This document shows, piece after piece, positions 60,379 through 64,000 of a stretch of DNA of 64,000 bases. The stretch spans positions 1-64,000 of the forward strand of contig CBFFRP010000172.1 in assembly GCA_965644295.1 (NCBI GenBank). The letters are read 5' to 3'. This DNA comes from Paraphysomonas bandaiensis. Lineage: Eukaryota; Protista; Chrysophyceae. A program made the translations under genes and the position numbers. Position 1 is the first letter of the stretch; each line of letters begins with the position of its first letter. The notes under the pieces were generated by a model, which made no database searches, had not been told where the DNA came from, and worked only from the letters and a program-made list of their open reading frames with translations.

Positions 60379-60711
60379 TTTACATTAGTAAAAAAGGTAA
60401 CTATTTAGTAAAAAAACTAGTCATTAAATAGTTAGATTTTTAACATTACAATGACTACGTTGACTAGGTGGATGTAGGTGTTTATCTAATCATGACTAGG
60501 TTTAATACTATAATTGGCTAGGTTGAGTCATTTATTGCTTTGACTTTACATTAGTAAAAAAGGTAACTATTTAGTAAAAAAAACTAGTCATTAAATAGTT
60601 AGATTTTTAACATTACAATGACTACGTTGACTAGGTGGATGTAGGTGTTTATCTAATCATGACTAGGTTTAATACTATAATTGGCTAGGTTGAGTCATTT
60701 ATTGCTTTGAC
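60379..60711. repeat. Near-perfect tandem duplication (166 + 167 bp)
   Basis: 60379-60544 is repeated at 60545-60711, apparently differing only by one A in a homopolymer; rich in TGACTA(G/C)G motifs. Confidence 0.93.
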
Positions 60712-61115
60712 TAGGTTTTTACACCGAAAATAGTATGACTAGGAAATTCACCCAATTTGACTACGTTGAATAATATATCTCGAGATAACTTTTTTATTTC
60801 AGTTGAATAAATAGGACAATAATCATTTACAGAATATGATATGATGGTTAAACCTTAAATTCATCAATACAAAATGATTCTTCGTTTATTATCATCTGGT
60901 GTGACTACGAGGGCTGTACTACTGTCGCGAAATCTTGCACGGAGTGCAATATACATGACCTGCATTCTATTGTTCCCTCGCTGTGCGTATATGAGGATTG
61001 CTTGTTCATGCAAAAAAAGTGGCAAACAGGTGATTGACTCAGCCACAATGGTAATATATATAAGATGGGTCACTTATTACTATTGTCAGTACTCAAGCAC
61101 ATGATTGCTAGACAT

Positions 61116-61692
<577 letters not shown>

Positions 61693-62049
61693 TTATATGC
61701 CTCTTCGCTCAACTGACAGGTTAGCCAAAGTGACAAATATGTAACTTAGAAGCCACATACATACATACACATACCTACATTGGGGCTACTTGTATTCTCT
61801 CAAACCATTATTTGCTTTCTCCTCATCGTATCTTCAATCGATTTTCAGTTCCACAAACTGAAAACTGGGGAGAATATGGACTCAGTTTATAATAATGCAT
61901 CTATCCTCTACAAACACCATATCTGACTTGGAGTGAAGTATCAGAAGAGTAACATCAGGCTCATTCATGTATCAAGTGACACTATAATGTGTTTATACTC
62001 CTAGATTATTGGTGTGGGATAACTATATACATCACTGGTTGAAACTCTA

Positions 62050-64000
62050 ATGGATAGTACGTTAAATATTTCGCCGAATTTATATGCTCGTAGATTACTT
62101 CGAGATGGAGACTCATCCTTCAGATGCGGTAATCTATCATCTGCGGAGAAGTGTTGGACTGATAGTATGAAATCTGCGTGTTCGTTTACTTGTTTTGATG
62201 CCGGTAAATATATTCCTTTATATATCTGTGTATTGTAATGTAGGATGTCATGTGATTATAGGGACCATATTTACTGCTGGAGGAAAGTTGGCTCATTTAT
62301 ATCATTCACAAAATCGTGAAATTGAAAGAAATGTGTGCATACAACAGGCCATCGCAGCCTACGATAAGGTATTTTCTTCTGAAGAACATCCGAAAATTAA
62401 GGCCATGGTAAACTCCTTACATGCCATGAAGTCAGTTCCTTGTACGGAATCCAGAAAGGTACCACCTATTAAGTCCACTGGGAATAGTGCTGCGGGCAAA
62501 ATAATCTATTCGAAAGATGAATTGATATCTATTCGTGATTCGAGTAGTCATTGTACCAGCATGAAATCGACTGGGAATAGCGTTATGAACAGAACAATCG
62601 ATTGGAAAGATAAATTGATATCTATTCGTGATTCGAGTATTCATGGTGCCAGCATGCAATCGACTGGGAATAGCGCTGCGGGCAAGTTAATCTACTCGAA
62701 AGATGAATTGATATCTATTCGTGATTCGAGTAGTCATGGTGCCAGCATGAAATCGACTGGGAATAGCGTTATGAACAGAACAATCGATTGGAAAGATGAA
62801 TTGATATCTATTCGTGATTCGAGTATTCATGGTGCCAGCATGCAATCGACTGGGAATAGCGCTGCGGGCAAGTTAATCTACTCGAAAGATGAATTGATAT
62901 CTATTCGTGATTCGAGTAGTCATGGTGCCAGCATGCAATCGACTGGGAATAGCGTTATGAACAGAACAATCGATTGGAAAGATGAATTGATATCTATTCG
63001 TGATTCGAGTATTCATGGTGCCAGCATGCAATCGACTGGGAATAGCGCTGCGGGCAAGTTAATCTACTCGAAAGATGAATTGATATCTATTCGTGATTCG
63101 AGTAGTCATGGTGCCAGCATGCAATCGACTGGGAATAGCGCTGCGGGCAAGTTAATCTACTCGAAAGATGAATTGATATCTATTCGTGATTCGAGTAGTC
63201 ATGGTGCCAGCATGAAATCGACTGGGAATAGCGTTATGAACAGAACAATCGATTGGAAAGATGAATTGATATCTATTCGTGATTCGAGTATTCATGGTGC
63301 CAGCATGCAATCGACTGGGAATAGCGCTGCGGGCAAGTTAATCTACTCGAAAGATGAATTGATATCTATTCGTGATTCGAGTAGTCATGGTGCCAGCATG
63401 AAATCGACTGGGAATAGCGTTATGAACAGAACAATCGATTGGAAAGATGAATTGATATCTATTCGTGATTCGAGTATTCATGGTGCCAGCATGCAATCGA
63501 CTGGGAATAGCGCTGCGGGCAAGTTAATCTACTCGAAAGATGAATTGATATCTATTCGTGATTCGAGTAGTCATGGTGCCAGCATGCAATCGACTGGGAA
63601 TAGCGTTATGAACAGAACAATCGATTGGAAAGATGAATTGATATCTATTCGTGATTCGAGTATTCATGGTGCCAGCATGCAATCGACTGGGAATAGCGCT
63701 GCGGGCAAGTTAATCTACTCGAAAGATGAATTGATATCTATTCGTGATTCGAGTAGTCATGGTGCCAGCATGCAATCGACTGGGAATAGCGCTGCGGGCA
63801 AGTTAATCTACTCGAAAGATGAATTGATATCTATTCGTGATTCGAGTAGTCATGGTGCCAGCATGAAATCGACTGGGAATAGCGTTATGAACAGAACAAT
63901 CGATTGGAAAGATGAATTGATATCTATTCGTGATTCGAGTATTCATGGTGCCAGCATGCAATCGACTGGGAATAGCGCTGCGGGCAAGTTAATCTACTCG
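62050..64000 (+). CDS. Protein with short helical (TPR-like) N-terminus and in-frame 31-aa tandem repeats bearing YxxxxLphi motifs; candidate eIF4E-binding protein (3' truncated by window)
   Basis: Exon 62050-62203 plus 40-nt GT-AG intron (62204-62243) plus exon from 62244 join in frame (..FDAG|CHVIIG..) and stay open through the repeat array to 64000. The start may lie further upstream. Confidence 0.75.
62474..64000 (+). repeat. 93-bp coding minisatellite, >=16.4 units, two variants (A/B) in a 651-bp higher-order repeat
   Basis: Unit starts at 62474, 62567, 62660 ... 63962 (step 93). Order A B A B A B A A B A B A B A A B A. A = STGNSAAGKLIYSKDELISIRDSSSHGASM(K/Q); B = STGNSVMNRTIDWKDELISIRDSSIHGASMQ. 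Confidence 0.97.

Noticed and set aside
62474-64000. CRISPR-like array (constant ~70-bp part alternating with ~23-bp variable part)
   Set aside because: Only two alternating 'spacer' sequences, unit length a multiple of 3 with an open frame spliced to an upstream exon, eukaryotic context and no cas genes. It is a coding minisatellite.

Overview
Eukaryotic nuclear DNA: about 40% GC, standard genetic code, gene-dense, with many very short (~40-110 nt) GT-AG introns. It is most consistent with a stramenopile protist such as a chrysophyte; this is inference from gene content and intron style. About 19 protein-coding genes are present: a TSET/TPLATE TTRAY2 (TWD40-2)-like WD40 protein, a CDPK-like kinase, a DUF4258-like/ankyrin fusion, a giant ARM-repeat protein, NSRP1, HemK, oligopeptidase B, a TPR-GT41 glycosyltransferase, a hybrid histidine kinase, an MFS transporter, a DUSP, thymidine kinase, a RING-H2 E3, a tail-anchored TPR protein, a type I membrane protein, ubiquitin-RPS27A and several hypotheticals. 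Sixteen of them form eight head-to-head pairs. Mobile DNA includes the 5' half of a Ty1/copia element running off the left edge, two families of non-autonomous hAT elements with 8-bp TSDs (partly nested), a TA-flanked Tc1/mariner-like MITE, and mini/microsatellites. The most striking item is missed by the ORF track because it runs off the right edge. It is a spliced gene divergent from RPS27A whose second exon is an in-frame 93-bp (31-aa) tandem array with a 7-unit higher-order period. Nine complete units carry a full match to the extended eIF4E-binding motif (K[L/I]IYSKDELISIR), alternating with a Tyr-less, Trp-containing variant, so it is a candidate multivalent eIF4E-binding protein. Coordinates of intron-containing genes are hand-derived and approximate.
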